Shown: positions 25,701-41,100, counted from the stretch's first letter. The stretch is 64,000 bases of DNA from Eledone cirrhosa (GCA_964016885.1 OZ024758.1:37510001-37574000), one strand, 5' to 3'. The notes: generated by a model not told the origin, from the sequence alone. A program made the numbers and translations.

Positions 25701-28080
25701 GAAGTAACTCCACTGTTGGTGAGAGTTCATTTAAGTCATGGTATTAGCTGTCAGAAGTAACTCCAATGTTGGTGAGAATTCATTTAAGTTCATGGTATTA
25801 GCTGTCAGAAGTAACTCCACTGTTGGTGAGAATTCATTTAAGTTCATGGTATTAGCTGTCAGAAGTAACTCCACTGTTGGTGAGAATTCATTTAAGTTCA
25901 TGGTACTAGCTGTCAGAAGTAACTCCACTGTTGGTGAGAATTCATTTAAGTTCATGGTATTAGTTTGTCAGAAGTAACTCCACTGTTGGTGAGAATTCAT
26001 TTAAGTCATGGTATTAGCTGGCAGAAGTAACTCCAATGTTGGTGAGAATTCATTTAAGTTCATGGTATTAGCTGTCAGAAGGAACTCCACTGTTGGTGAG
26101 AATTCATTTAAGTTCATGGTATTAGCTGTCAGAAGGAACTCCAATGTTGGTGAGAATTCATTTAAGTCATGGTACTAGCTGTCAGAAGTAACTCCACTGT
26201 TGGTGAGAATTCATTTAAGTTCATGGTGTTAGCTGTCAGAAGGAACGCCACTGTTGGTGAGAATTCATTTAAGTTCATGGTATTAGCTGTCAGAAGTAAC
26301 TCCACTGTTGGTGAGAATTCATTTAAGTTCATGGTACTAGCTGTCAGAAGTAACTCCAATGTTGGTGAGAATTCATTTAAGTTCATGGTATTAGCTGTCA
26401 GAAGGAACTCCACTGTTGGTGAGAATTCATTTAAGTTCATGGTATTAGCTGTCAGAAGTAACTCCACTGTTGGTGAGAATTCATTTAAGTTCATGGTATT
26501 AGCTGTCAGAAGTCACTCCAATGTTGGTGAGAATTCATTTAAGTTCATGGTATTAGCTGTCAGAAGTCACTCCACTGTTGGTGAGAATTCATTTAAGTTC
26601 ATGGTACTAGCTGTCCGAAGTAACCCCAATGTTGGTGAGAATTCATTTAAGTTCATGGTATTAGCTGTCAGAAGTCACTCCAATGTTGGTGAGAATTCAT
26701 TTAAATTCATGGTATTAGCTGTCAGAAGTAACTCCACTGTTGGTGAGAATTCATTTAAGTTCATGGTATTAGCTGTCAGAAGGAACTCCACTGTTGGTGA
26801 GAATTCATTTAAGTTCATGGTATTAGCTGTCAGAAGTAACTCCACCGTTGGTGAGAATTCATTTAAGTTCATGGTATTAGCTGTCAGAAGTAACTCCACT
26901 GTTGGTGAGAATTCATTTAAGTTCATGGTATTAGCTGTCAGAAGTAACTCCACTGTTGGTGAGAATTCATTTAAGTTCATGGTATTAGCTGTCAGAAGTA
27001 ACTCCACTGTTTGTGAGAATTCATTTAAGTTCATGGTATTAGCTGTCAGAAGGAACTCCAATGTTGGTGAGAATTCATTTAAGTCATGGTACTAGCTGTC
27101 AGAAGTAACTCCACTGTTGGTGAGAATTCATTTAAGTTCATGGTATTAGCTGACAGAAGGAACGCCACTGTTGGTGAGAATTCATTTAAGTTCATGGTAT
27201 TAGCTGTCAGAAGTAACTCCACTGTTGGTGAGAATTCATTTAAGTTCATGGTACTAGCTGTCAGAAGTAACTCCAATGTTGGTGAGAATTCATTTAAGTT
27301 CATGGTATTAGCTGTCAGAAGGAACTCCACTGTTGCTGAGAATTCATTTAAGTTCATGGTATTAGCTGTCAGAAGTAACTCCACTGTTGGTGAGAATTCA
27401 TTTAAGTTCATGGTACTAGCTGTCAGAAGTAACTCCACTGTTGGTGAGAATTCATTTAAGTTCATGGTATTAGCTGTCAGAAGTCACTCCGATGTTGGTG
27501 AGAATTCATTTAAGTTCATGGTATTAGCTGTCAGAAGTCACTCCACCGTTGGTGAGAATTCATTTAAGTTCATGGTACTAGCTGTCCGAAGTAACCCCAA
27601 TGTTGGTGAGAATTCATTTAAGTTCATGGTATTAGCTGTCAGAAGTCACTCCAATGTTGGTGAGAATTCATTTAAGTTCATGGTATTAGCTGTCAGAAGT
27701 AACTCCACTGTTGGTGAGAATTCATTTAAGTTCATGGTATTAGCTGTCAGAAGTAACTCGACTGTTGGTGAGAATTCATTTAAGTTCATGGTATTACCTG
27801 TCAGAAGGAACTCCACTGTTGGTGAGAATTCATTTAAGTTCATGGTACTAGCTGTCAGAAGTAACTCCACTGTTGGTGAGAATTCATTTAAGTTCATGGT
27901 ATTAGTTTGTCAGAAGTAACTCCACTGTTGGTGAGAATTCATTTAAGTCATGGTATTAGTTGTCAGAAGTAACTCCAATGTTGGTGAGAATTCATTTAAG
28001 CCATGGTACTAGCTGTAAGAAGTAACTCCAATGTTGGTGAGAATTCATTTAAATTTATGGTATTAGCTGTCAGAAGGAAC
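19050..28080 (+). repeat. Block match at offset 7331 bp (about 19050-20750 vs 26380-28080)
   Basis: ORFs 19344/26675, 19755/27086 and 20315/27646. Shared variants are TGTTTGTGAG (19681/27012), AACTCGACT, TTACCTGTC, TCACTCCACC, GCTGTAAGA and TTTATGG. Confidence 0.87.
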
Positions 28081-31000
28081 TCCACTGTTGGTGATAATTC
28101 ATTTAAGTTCATGGTATTAGCTGTCAGAAGTAACTCCACTGTTGGTGAGAATTCATTTAAGTTCATTGTACTAGCTGTCAGAAGTAACTCCAATGTTGGT
28201 GAGAATTCATTTAAGTTCATGGTATTAGCTGTCAGAAGGAACTCCACTGTTGGTGAGAATTCATTTAAGTTCATGGTATTAGCTGTCAGAAGGAACTCCA
28301 ATGTTGGTGAGAATTCATTTAAGTCATGGTACTAGCTGTCAGAAGTAACTCCACTGTTGGTGAGAATTCATTTAAGTTCATGGTATTAGCTGTCAGAAGG
28401 AACGCCACTGTTGGTGAGAATTCATTTAAGTTCATGGTATTAGCTGTCAGAAGTAACTCCACTGTTGGTGAGAATTCATTTAAGTTCATGGTACTAGCTG
28501 TCAGAAGTAACTCCAATGTTGGTGAGAATTCATTTAAGTTCATGGTATTAGCTGTCAGAAGGAACTCCACTGTTGGTGAGAATTCATTTAAGTTCATGGT
28601 ATTAGCTGTCAGAAGTAACTCCACTGTTGGTGAGAATTCATTTAAGTTCATGGTATTAGCTGTCAGAAGTCACTCCAATGTTGGTGAGAATTCATTTAAG
28701 TTCATGGTATTAGCTGTCAGAAGTCACTCCACTGTTGGTGAGAATTCATTTAAGTTCATGGTACTAGCTGTCCGAAGTAACCCCAATGTTGGTGAGAATT
28801 CATTTAAGTTCATGGTATTAGCTGTCAGAAGTCACTCCAATGTTGGTGAGAATTCATTTAAGTTCATGGTATTAGCTGTCAGAAGTAACTCCACTGTTGG
28901 TGAGAATTCATTTAAGTTCATGGTATTAGCTGTCAGAAGTAACTCCACTGTTGGTGAGAATTCATTTAAGTTCATGGTATTAGCTGTCAGAAGGAACTCC
29001 ACTGTTGGTGAGAATTCATTTAAGTTCATGGTATTAGTTTGTCAGAAGTAACTCCACTGTTGGTGAGAATTCATTTAAGTCATGGTATTAGTTGTCAGAA
29101 GTAACTCCAATGTTGGTGAGAATTCATTTAAGCCATGGTACTAGCTGTCAGAAGTAACTCCAATGTTGGTGAGAATTCATTTAAGTTCATGGTATTAGCT
29201 GTCAGAACGAACTCCACTGTTGGTGAGAATTCATTTAAGTTCATGGTATTAGCTGTCAGAAGTAACTCCACTGTTGGTGAGAATTCATTTAAGTCATGGT
29301 ATTAGCTGTCAGAAGTAACTCCATTGTTGGTGAGAATTCATTTAAGTCATGGTACTAGCTGTCAGAAGTAACTCCAATGTTGGTGAAAATTCATTTAAGT
29401 CATGGTACTAGCTGTCAGAAGTAACTCCAATGTTGGTGAGAATTCATTTAAGTTCATGGTATTAGCTGTCAGAAGGAACTCCACTGTTGGTGAGAATTCA
29501 TTTAAGTTCATGGTATTAGTTTGTCAGAAGTAACTCCACTGTTGGTGAGAATTCATTTAAGTTCATGGTATTAGCTGTCAGAAGTAACTCCACTGTTGGT
29601 GAGAATTCATTTAAGTTCATGGTACTAGCTGTCAGAAGTAACTCCAATGTTGGTGAGAATTCATTTAAGTTCATGGTATTAGCTGTCAGAAGTAACTCCA
29701 CTGTTGGTGAGAATTCATTTAAGTCATGGTATTAGCTGTCAGAAGTAACTCCAATGTTGGTGAGAATTCATTTAAGTTCATGGTACTAGCTGTCAGAAGT
29801 AACTCCAATGTTGGTGAGAATTCATTTAAGTTCATGGTATTAGCTGTCAGAAGGAACTCCACTGTTGCTGAGAATTCATTTAAGTTCATGGTATTAGCTG
29901 TCAGAAGTAACTCCACTGTTGGTGAGAATTCATTTAAGTTCATGGTACTAGCTGTCAGAAGTAACTCCACTGTTGGTGAGAATTCATTTAAGTTCATGGT
30001 ACTAGCTGTCCGAAGTAACCCCAATGTTGGTGAGAATTCATTTAAGTTCATGGTATTAGCTGTCAGAAGTCACTCCAATGTTGGTGAGAATTCATTTAAG
30101 TTCATGGTATTAGCTGTCAGAAGTAACTCCACTGTTGGTGAGAATTCATTTACGTCATGGTATTAGCTGTCAGAAGTAACTCCAATGTTGGTGAGAATTC
30201 ATTTAAGTTCATGGTATTAGCTGTCAGAATTAACTCCAATGTTGGTGAGAATTCATTTAAGTTCATGGTATTAGCTGTCAGAAGGAACTCCACTGTTGGT
30301 GAGAATTCATTTAAGTTCATGGTATTAGCTGTCAGAAGTAACTCCACTGTTGGTGAGAATTCATTTAAGTTCATGGTACTAGCTGTCAGAAGTAACTCCA
30401 CTGTTGGTGAGAATTCATTTAAGTTCATGGTATTAGCTGTCAGAAGTCACTCCAATGTTGGTGAGAATTCATTTAAGTTCATGGTATTAGCTGTCAGAAG
30501 TCACTCCACTGTTGGTGAGAATTCATTTAAGTTCATGGTACTAGCTGTCAGAAGTAACCCCAATGTTGGTGAGAATTCATTTAAGTTCATGGTATTAGCT
30601 GTCAGAAGTCACTCCAATGTTGGTGAGAATTCATTTAAGTTCATGGTATTAGCTGTCAGAAGTAACTCCACTGTTGGTGAGAATTCATTTAAGTTCATGG
30701 TATTAGCTGTCAGAAGTAACGCCACTGTTGGTGAGAATTCATTTAAGTTCATGGTATTAGCTGTCAGAAGGAACTCCACTGTTGGTGAGAATTCATTTAA
30801 GTTCATGGTACTAGCTGTCAGAAGTAACTCCACTGTTGGTGAGAATTCATTTAAGTTCATGGTATTAGTTTGTCAGAAGTAACTCCACTGTTGGTGAGAA
30901 TTCATTTAAGTCATGGTATTAGTTGTCAGAAGTAACTCCAATGTTGGTGAGAATTCATTTAAGCCATGGTACTAGCTGTCAGAAGTAACTCCAATGTTGG

Positions 31001-32199
31001 TGAGAATTCATTTAAGTTCATGGTATTAGCTGTCAGAACGAACTCCACTGTTGGTGAGAATTCATTTAAGTGCATGGTATTAGCTGTCAGAAGTAACTCC
31101 ACTGTTGGTGAGAATTCATTTAAGTCATGGTATTAGTTGTCAGAAGTAACTCCAATGTTGGTGAGAATTCATTTAAGTTCATGGTATTAGCTGTCAGAAG
31201 GAACTCCACTGTTGGTGAGAATTCATTTAAGTTCATGGTATTAGCTGTCAGAAGGAACTCCAATGTTGGTGAGAATTCATTTAAGTCATGGTACTAGCTG
31301 TCAGAAGTAACTCCACTGTTGGTGAGAATTCATTTAAGTTCATGGTATTAGCTGTCAGAAGGAACTCCACTGTTGGTGAGAATTCATTTAAGTTCATGGT
31401 ACTAGCTGTCAGAAGTAACTCCACTGTTGGTGAGAATTCATTTAAGTTCATGGTATTAGTTTGTCAGAAGTAACTCCACTGTTGGTGAGAATTCATTTAA
31501 GTCATGGTATTAGTTGTCAGAAGTAACTCCAATGTTGGTGAGAATTCATTTAAGCCATGGTACTAGCTGTCAGAAGTAACTCCAATGTTGGTGAAAATTC
31601 ATTTAAGTTCATGGTATTAGCTGTCAGAACGAACTCCACTGTTGGTGAGAATTAATTTAAGTTCATGGTATTAGCTGTCAGAAGTAACTCCACTGTTGGT
31701 GAGAATTCATTTAAGTTCATGGTACTAGCTGTCAGAAGTAACTCCAATGTTGGTGAGAATTCATTTAAGTTCATGGTATTAGCTGTCAGAAGTAACTCCA
31801 CTGTTGGTGAGAGTTCATTTAAGTCATGGTATTAGCTGTCAGAAGTAACTCCAATGTTGGTGAGAATTCATTTAAGTTCATGGTATTAGCTGTCAGAAGG
31901 AACGCCACTGTTGGTGAGAATTCATTTAAGTTCATGGTATTAGCTGTCAGAAGTAACTCCACTGTTGGTGAGAATTCATTTAAGTTCATGGTACTAGCTG
32001 TCAGAAGTAACTCCAATGTTGGTGAGATTTCATTTAAGTTCATGGTATTAGCTGTCAGAAGGAACTCCACTGTTGGTGAGAATTCATTTAAGTTCATGGT
32101 ATTAGCTGTCAGAAGTAACTCCACTGTTGGTGAGAATTCATTTAAGTCATGGTATTAGCTGTCAGAAGTAACTCCATTGTTGGTGAGAATTCATTTAAG

Positions 32200-35100
32200 T
32201 CATGGTACTAGCTGTCAGAAGTAACTCCAATGTTGGTGAAAATTCATTTAAGTCATGGTACTAGCTGTCAGAAGTAACTCCAATGTTGGTGAGAATTCAT
32301 TTAAGTTCATGGTATTAGCTGTCAGAAGGAACTCCACTGTTGGTGAGAATTCATTTAAGTTCATGGTATTAGCTGTCAGAAGTAACTCCACTGTTGGTGA
32401 GAATTCATTTAAGTTCATGGTATTAGCTGTCAGAAGTAACTCCACTGTTGGTGAGAATTCATTTAAGTTCATGGTACTAGCTGTCAGAAGTAACTCCAAT
32501 GTTGGTGAGAATTCATTTAAGTTCATGGTATTAGCTGTCAGAAGTAACTCCACTGTTGGTGAGAATTCATTTAAGTCATGGTATTAGCTGTCAGAAGTAA
32601 CTCCAATGTTGGTGAGAATTCATTTAAGTTCATGGTACTAGCTGTCAGAAGTAACTCCAATGTTGGTGAGAATTCATTTAAGTTCATGGTATTAGCTGTC
32701 AGAAGGAACTCCACTGTTGCTGAGAATTCATTTAAGTTCATGGTATTAGCTGTCAGAAGTAACTCCACTGTTGGTGAGAATTCATTTAAGTTCATGGTAC
32801 TAGCTGTCAGAAGTAACTCCACTGTTGGTGAGAATTCATTTAAGTTCATGGTACTAGCTGTCCGAAGTAACCCCAATGTTGGTGAGAATTCATTTAAGTT
32901 CATGGTATTAGCTGTCAGAAGTCACTCCAATGTTGGTGAGAATTCATTTAAGTTCATGGTATTAGCTGTCAGAAGTAACTCCACTGTTGGTGAGAATTCA
33001 TTTAAGTTCATGGTATTAGCTGTCAGAAGTAACTCCACTGTTGGTGAGAATTCATTTAAGTTCATGGTATTAGCTGTCAGAAGGAACTCCACTGTTGGTG
33101 AGAATTCATTTAAGTTCATGGTACTAGCTGTCAGAAGTAACTCCAATGTTGGTGAGAATTCATTTAAGTTCATGGTATTAGCTCTCAGAAGTAACTCCAC
33201 TGTTGGTGAGAGTTCATTTAAGTCATGGTATTAGCTGTCAGAAGTAACTCCAATGTTGGTGAGAATTCATTTAAGTTCATGGTATTAGCTGTCAGAAGTA
33301 ACTCCACTGTTGGTGAGAATTCATTTAAGTTCATGGTATTAGCTGTCAGAAGTAACTCCACTGTTGGTGAGAATTCATTTAAGTCATGGTATTAGTTGTC
33401 AGAAGTAACTCCAATGTTGGTGAGAATTCATTTGAGTTCATGGTATTAGCTGTCAGAAGGAACTCCACTGTTGGTGAGAATTCATTTAAGTTCATGGTAT
33501 TAGCTGTCAGAAGGAACTCCAATGTTGGTGAGAATTCATTTAAGTCATGGTACTAGCTGTCAGAAGTAACTCCACTGTTGGTGAGAATTCATTTAAGTTC
33601 ATGGTATTAGCTGTCAGAAGGAACGCCACTGTTGGTGAGAATTCATTTAAGTTCATGGTATTAGCTGTCAGAAGTAACTCCACTGTTGGTGAGAATTCAT
33701 TTAAGTTCATGGTACTAGCTGTCAGAAGTAACTCCAATGTTGGTGAGAATTCATTTAAGTTCATGGTATTAGCTGTCAGAAGGAACTCCACTGTTGGTGA
33801 GAATTCATTTAAGTTCATGGTATTAGCTGTCAGAAGTAACTCCACTGTTGGTGAGAATTCATTTAAGTTCATGGTATTAGCTGTCAGAAGTCACTCCAAT
33901 GTTGGTGAGAATTCATTTAAGTTCATGGTATTAGCTGTCAGAAGTCACTCCACTGTTGGTGAGAATTCATTTAAGTTCATGTTACTAGCTGTCCGAAGTA
34001 ACCCCAATGTTGGTGAGAATTCATTTAAGTTCATGGTATTAGCTGTCAGAAGTCACTCCAATGTTGGTGAGAATTCATTTAAGTTCATGGTATTAGCTGT
34101 CAGAAGTAACTCCACTGTTGGTGAGAATTCATTTAAGTTCATGGTATTAGCTGTCAGAAGTAACTCCACTGTTGGTGAGAATTCATTTAAGTTCATGGTA
34201 TTAGCTGTCAGAAGGAACTCCACTGTTGGTGAGAATTCATTTAAGTTCATGGTACTAGCTGTCAGAAGTAACTCCACTGTTGGTGAGAATTCATTTAAGT
34301 TCATGGTATTAGTTTGTCAGAAGTAACTCCACTGTTGGTGAGAATTCATTTAAGTCATGGTATTAGTTGTCAGAAGTAACTCCAATGTTGGTGAGAATTC
34401 ATTTAAGCCATGGTACTAGCTGTCAGAAGTAACTCCAATGTTGGTGAGAATTCATTTAAGTTCATGGTATTAGCTGTCAGAACGAACTCCACTGTTGGTG
34501 AGAATTCATTTAAGTTCATGGTATTAGCTGTCAGAAGTAACTCCACTGTTGGTGAGAATTCATTTAAGTTCAGGGTACTAGCTGTCAGAAGTAACTCCAA
34601 TGTTGGTGAGAATTCATTTAAGTTCATGGTATTAGCTGTCAGAAGGAACTCCACTGTTGGTGAGAATTCATTTAAGTTCATGGTATTAGCTGTCAGAAGT
34701 AACTCCACTGTTGGTGAGAATTCATTTAAGTCATGTTATTAGCTGTCAGAAGTAACTTCATTGTTGGTGAGAATTCATTTAAGTCATGGTATTAGCTGTC
34801 AGAGGTAACTCCACTGTTGGTGAGAATTCATTTAAGTTCATGGTACTAGCTGTCAGAAGTAACTCCAATGTTGGTGAGTATTCATTTAAGTTCATGGTAT
34901 TAGCTGTCAGAAGTAACTCCACTGTTGGTGAGAATTCATTTACGTCATGGTATTAGCTGTCAGAAGTAACTCCAATGTTGGTGAGAATTCATTTAAGTTC
35001 ATGGTATTAGCTGTCAGAATTAACTCCAATGTTGGTGAGAATTCATTTAAGTTCATGGTATTAGCTGTCAGAAGGAACTCCACTGTTGCTGAGAATTCAT

Positions 35101-38100
35101 TTAAGTTCATGGTATTAGCTGTCAGAAGTAACTCCACTGTTGGTGAGAATTCATTTAAGTTCGTGGTACTAGCTGTCAGAAGTAACTCCACTGTTGGTGA
35201 GAATTCATTTAAGTTCATGGTATTAGCTGTCAGAAGTCACTCCAATGTTGGTGAGAATTCATTTAAGTTCATGGTATTAGCTGTCAGAAGTCACTCCACT
35301 GTTGGTGAGAATTCATTTAAGTTCATGGTACTAGCTGTCAGAAGTAACCCCAATGTTGGTGAGAATTCATTTAAGTTCATCGTATTAGCTGTCAGAAGTC
35401 ACTCCAATGTTGGTGAGAATTCATTTAAGTTCATGGTATTAGCTGTCAGAAGTAACTCCACTGTTGGTGAGAATTCATTTAAGTTCATGGTATTAGCTGT
35501 CAGAAGTAACTCCACTGTTGGTGAGAATTCATTTAAGTTCATGGTATTAGCTGTCAGAAGGAACTCCACTGTTGGTGAGAATTCATTTAAGTTCATGGTA
35601 CTAGCTGTCAGAAGTAACTCCACTGTTGGTGAGAATTCATTTAAGTTCATGGTATTAGTTTGTCAGAAGTAACTCCACTGTTGGTGAGAATTCATTTAAG
35701 TCATGGTATTAGTTGTCAGAAGTAACTCCAATGTTGGTGAGAATTCATTTAAGCCATGGTACTAGCTGTCAGAAGTAACTCCAATGTTGGTGAGAATTCA
35801 TTTAAGTTCATGGTATTAGCTGTCAGAACGAACTCCACTGTTGGTGAGAATTCATTTAAGTGCATGGTATTAGCTGTCAGAAGTAACTCCACTGTTGGTG
35901 AGAATTCATTTAAGTTCATGGTACTAGCTGTCAGAAGTAACTCCACTGTTGGTGAGAATTCATTTAAGTTCATGGTATTAGTTTGTCAGAAGTACCTCCA
36001 CTGTTGGTGAGAATTCATTTAAGTCATGGTATTAGTTGTCAGAAGTAACTCCAATGTTGGTGAGAATTCATTTAAGTTCATGGTATTAGCTGTCAGAAGG
36101 AACTCCACTGTTGGTGAGAATTCATTTAAGTTCATGGTATTAGCTGTCAGAAGGAACTCCAATGTTGGTGAGAATTCATTTAAGTCATGGTACTAGCTGT
36201 CAGAAGTAACTCCACTGTTGGTGAGAATTCATTTAAGTTCATGGTATTAGCTATCAGAAGGAACTCCACTGTTGGTGAGAATTCATTTAAGTTCATGGTA
36301 CTAGCTGTCAGAAGTAACTCCACTGTTGGTGAGAATTCATTTAAGTTCATGGTATTAGTTTGTCAGAAGTAACTCCACTGTTGGTGAGAATTCATTTAAG
36401 TCATGGTATTAGTTGTCAGAAGTAACTCCAATGTTGGTGAGAATTCATTTAAGCCATGATACTAGCTGTCAGAAGTAACTCCAATGTTGGTGAAAATTCA
36501 TTTAAGTTCATGGTATTAGCTGTCAGAACGAACTCCACTGTTGGTGAGAATTAATTTAAGTTCATGGTATTAGCTGTCAGAAGTAACTCCACTGTTGGTG
36601 AGAATTCATTTAAGTTCATGGTACTAGCTGTCAGAAGTAACTCCAATGTTGGTGAGAATTCATTTAAGTTCATGGTATTAGCTGTCAGAAGTAACTCCAC
36701 TGTTGGTGAGAGTTCATTTAAGTCATGGTATTAGCTGTCAGAAGTAACTCCAATGTTGGTGAGAATTCATTTAAGTTCATGGTATTAGCTGTCAGAAGGA
36801 ACGCCACTGTTGGTGAGAATTCATTTAAGTTCATGGTATTAGCTGTCAGAAGTAACTCCACTGTTGGTGAGAATTCATTTAAGTTCATGGTACTAGCTGT
36901 CAGAAGTAACTCCAATGTTGGTGAGAATTCATTTAAGTTCATGGTATTAGCTGTCAGAAGGAACTCCACTGTTGGTGAGAATTCATTTAAGTTCATGGTA
37001 TTAGCTGTCAGAAGTAACTCCACTGTTGGTGAGAATTCATTTAAGCCATGGTATTAGCTGTCAGAAGTAACTCCATTGTTGGTGAGAATTCATTTAAGTC
37101 ATGGTACTAGCTGTCAGAAGTAACTCCAATGTTGGTGAGAATTCATTTAAGTCATGGTACTAGCTGTCAGAAGTAACTCCAATGTTGGTGAGAATTCATT
37201 TAAGTTCATGGTATTAGCTGTCAGAAGGAACTCCACTGTTGGTGAGAATTCATTTAAGTTCATGGTATTAGCTGTCAGAAGTAACTCCACTGTTGGTGAG
37301 AATTCATTTAAGTTCATGGTATTAGCTGTCAGAAGTAACTCCACTGTTGGTGAGAATTCATTTAAGTTCATGGTACTAGCTGTCAGAAGTAACTCCAATG
37401 TTGGTGAGAATTCATTTAAGTTCATGGTATTAGCTGTCAGAAGTAACTCCACTGTTGGTGAGAATTCATTTAAGTCATGGTATTAGCTGTCAGAAGTAAC
37501 TCCAATGTTGGTGAGAATTCATTTAAGTTCATGGTACTAGCTGTCAGAAGTAACTCCAATGTTGGTGAGAATTCATTTAAGTTCATGGTATTAGCTGTCA
37601 GAAGGAACTCCACTGTTGCTGAGAATTCATTTAAGTTCATGGTATTAGCTGTCAGAAGTAACTCCACTGTTGGTGAGAATTCATTTAAGTTCATGGTACT
37701 AGCTGTCAGAAGTAACTCCACTGTTGGTGAGAATTCATTTAAGTTCATGGTATTAGCTGTCAGAAGTCACTCCAATGTTGGTGAGAATTCATTTAAGTTC
37801 ATGGTATTAGCTGTCAGAAGTCACTCCACTGTTGGTGAGAATTCATTTAAGTTCATGGTACTAGCTGTCCGAAGTAACCCCAATGTTGGTGAGAATTCAT
37901 TTAAGTTCATGGTATTAGCTGTCAGAAGTCACTCCAATGTTGGTGAGAATTCATTTAAGTTCATGGTATTAGCTGTCAGAAGTAACTCCACTGTTGGTGA
38001 GAATTCATTTAAGTTCATGGTATTAGCTGTCAGAAGTAACTCCACTGTTGGTGAGAATTCATTTAAGTTCATGGTATTAGCTGTCAGAAGGAACTCCACT

Positions 38101-41100
38101 GTTGGTGAGAATTCATTTAAGTTCATGGTACTAGCTGTCAGAAGTAACTCCACTGTTGGTGAGAATTCATTTAAGTTCATGGTATTAGTTTGTCAGAAGT
38201 AACTCCACTGTTGGTGAGAATTCATTTAAGTCATGGTATTAGTTGTCAGAAGTAACTCCAATGTTGGTGAGAATTCATTTAAGACATGGTACTAGCTGTA
38301 AGAAGTAACTCCAAAGTTGGTGAGAATTCATTTAAGTTCATGGTATTAGCTGTCAGAAGGAACTCCACTGTTGGTGAGAATTCATTTAAGTTCATGGTAT
38401 TAGCTGTCAGAAGTAACTCCACTGTTGGTGAGAATTCATTTAAGTTCATGGTACTAGCTGTCAGAAGTAACTCCAATGTTGGTGAGAATTCATTTAAGTT
38501 CATGGTATTAGCTGTCAGAAGTAACTCCACTGTTGGTGAGAGTTCATTTAAGTCATGGTATTAGCTGTCAGAAGTAACTCCAATGTTGGTGAGAATTCAT
38601 TTAAGTTCATGGTATTAGCTGTCAGAAGTAACTCCACTGTTGGTGAGAATTCATTTAAGTTCATGGTATTAGCTGTCAGAAGTAACTCCACTGTTGGTGA
38701 GAATTCATTTAAGTTCATGGTACTAGCTGTCAGAAGTAACTCCACTGTTGGTGAGAATTCATTTAAGTTCATGGTATTAGTTTGTCAGAAGTAACTCCAC
38801 TGTTGGTGAGAATTCATTTAAGTCATGGTATTAGCTGTCAGAAGTAACTCCAATGTTGGTGAAAATTCATTTAAGTCATGGTACTAGCTGTCAGAAGTAA
38901 CTCCAATGTTGGTGAGAATTCATTTAAGTTCATGGTATTAGCTGTCAGAAGGAACTCCACTGTTGGTGAGAATTCATTTAAGTTCATGGTATTAGCTGTC
39001 AGAAGTAACTCCACTGTTGGTGAGAATTCATTTAAGTTCATGGTATTAGCTGTCAGAAGTAACTCCACTGTTGGTGAGAATTCATTTAAGTTCATGGTAC
39101 TAGCTGTCAGAAGTAACTCCAATGTTGGTGAGAATTCATTTAAGTTCATGGTATTAGCTGTCAGAAGTAACTCCACTGTTGGTGAGAATTCATTTAAGTC
39201 ATGGTATTAGCTGTCAGAAGTAACTCCAATGTTGGTGAGAATTCATTTAAGTTCATGGTACTAGCTGTCAGAAGTAACTCCAATGTTGGTGAGAATTCAT
39301 TTAAGTTCATGGTATTAGCTGTCAGAAGGAACTCCACTGTTGCTGAGAATTCATTTAAGTTCATGGTATTAGCTGTCAGAAGTAACTCCACTGTTGGTGA
39401 GAATTCATTTAAGTTCATGGTACTAGCTGTCAGAAGTAACTCCACTGTTGGTGAGAATTCATTTAAGTTCATGGTACTAGCTGTCCGAAGTAACCCCAAT
39501 GTTGGTGAGAATTCATTTAAGTTCATGGTATTAGCTGTCAGAAGTCACTCCAATGTTGGTGAGAATTCATTTAAGTTCATGGTATTAGCTGTCAGAAGTA
39601 ACTCCACTGTTGGTGAGAATTCATTTAAGTTCATGGTATTAGCTGTCAGAAGTAACTCCACTGTTGGTGAGAATTCATTTAAGTTCATGGTATTAGCTGT
39701 CAGAAGGAACTCCACTGTTGGTGAGAATTCATTTAAGTTCATGGTACTAGCTGTCAGAAGTAACTCCACTGTTGGTGAGAATTCATTTAAGTTCATGGTA
39801 TTAGTTTGTCAGAAGTAACTCCACTGTTGGTGAGAATTCATTTAAGTCATGGTATTAGTTGTCAGAAGTAACTCCAATGTTGGTGAGAATTCATTTAAGC
39901 CATGGTACTAGCTGTAAGAAGTAACTCCAATGTTGGTGAGAATTCATTTAAGTTCATGGTATTAGCTGTCAGAAGGAACTCCACTGTTGGTGAGAATTCA
40001 TTTAAGTTCATGGTATTAGCTGTCAGAAGTAACTCCACTGTTGGTGAGAATTCATTTAAGTTCATGGTACTAGCTGTCAGAAGTAACTCCAATGTTGGTG
40101 AGAATTCATTTAAGTTCATGGTATTAGCTCTCAGAAGTAACTCCACTGTTGGTGAGAGTTCATTTAAGTCATGGTATTAGCTGTCAGAAGTAACTCCAAT
40201 GTTGGTGAGAATTCATTTAAGTTCATGGTATTAGCTGTCAGAAGTAACTCCACTGTTGGTGAGAATTCATTTAAGTTCATGGTATTAGCTGTCAGAAGTA
40301 ACTCCACTGTTGGTGAGAATTCATTTAAGTCATGGTATTAGTTGTCAGAAGTAACTCCAATGTTGGTGAGAATTCATTTGAGTTCATGGTATTAGCTGTC
40401 AGAAGGAACTCCACTGTTGGTGAGAATTCATTTAAGTTCATGGTATTAGCTGTCAGAAGGAACTCCAATGTTGGTGAGAATTCATTTAAGTCATGGTACT
40501 AGCTGTCAGAAGTAACTCCACTGTTGGTGAGAATTCATTTAAGTTCATGGTATTAGCTGTCAGAAGGAACGCCACTGTTGGTGAGAATTCATTTAAGTTC
40601 ATGGTATTAGCTGTCAGAAGTAACTCCACTGTTGGTGAGAATTCATTTAAGTTCATGGTACTAGCTGTCAGAAGTAACTCCAATGTTGGTGAGAATTCAT
40701 TTAAGTTCATGGTATTAGCTGTCAGAAGGAACTCCACTGTTGGTGAGAATTCATTTAAGTTCATGGTATTAGCTGTCAGAAGTAACTCCACTGTTGGTGA
40801 GAATTCATTTAAGTTCATGGTATTAGCTGTCAGAAGTCACTCCAATGTTGGTGAGAATTCATTTAAGTTCATGGTATTAGCTGTCAGAAGTCACTCCACT
40901 GTTGGTGAGAATTCATTTAAGTTCATGGTACTAGCTGTCCGAAGTAACCCCAATGTTGGTGAGAATTCATTTAAGTTCATGGTATTAGCTGTCAGAAGTC
41001 ACTCCAATGTTGGTGAGAATTCATTTAAGTTCATGGTATTAGCTGTCAGAAGTAACTCCACTGTTGGTGAGAATTCATTTAAGTTCATGGTATTAGCTGT

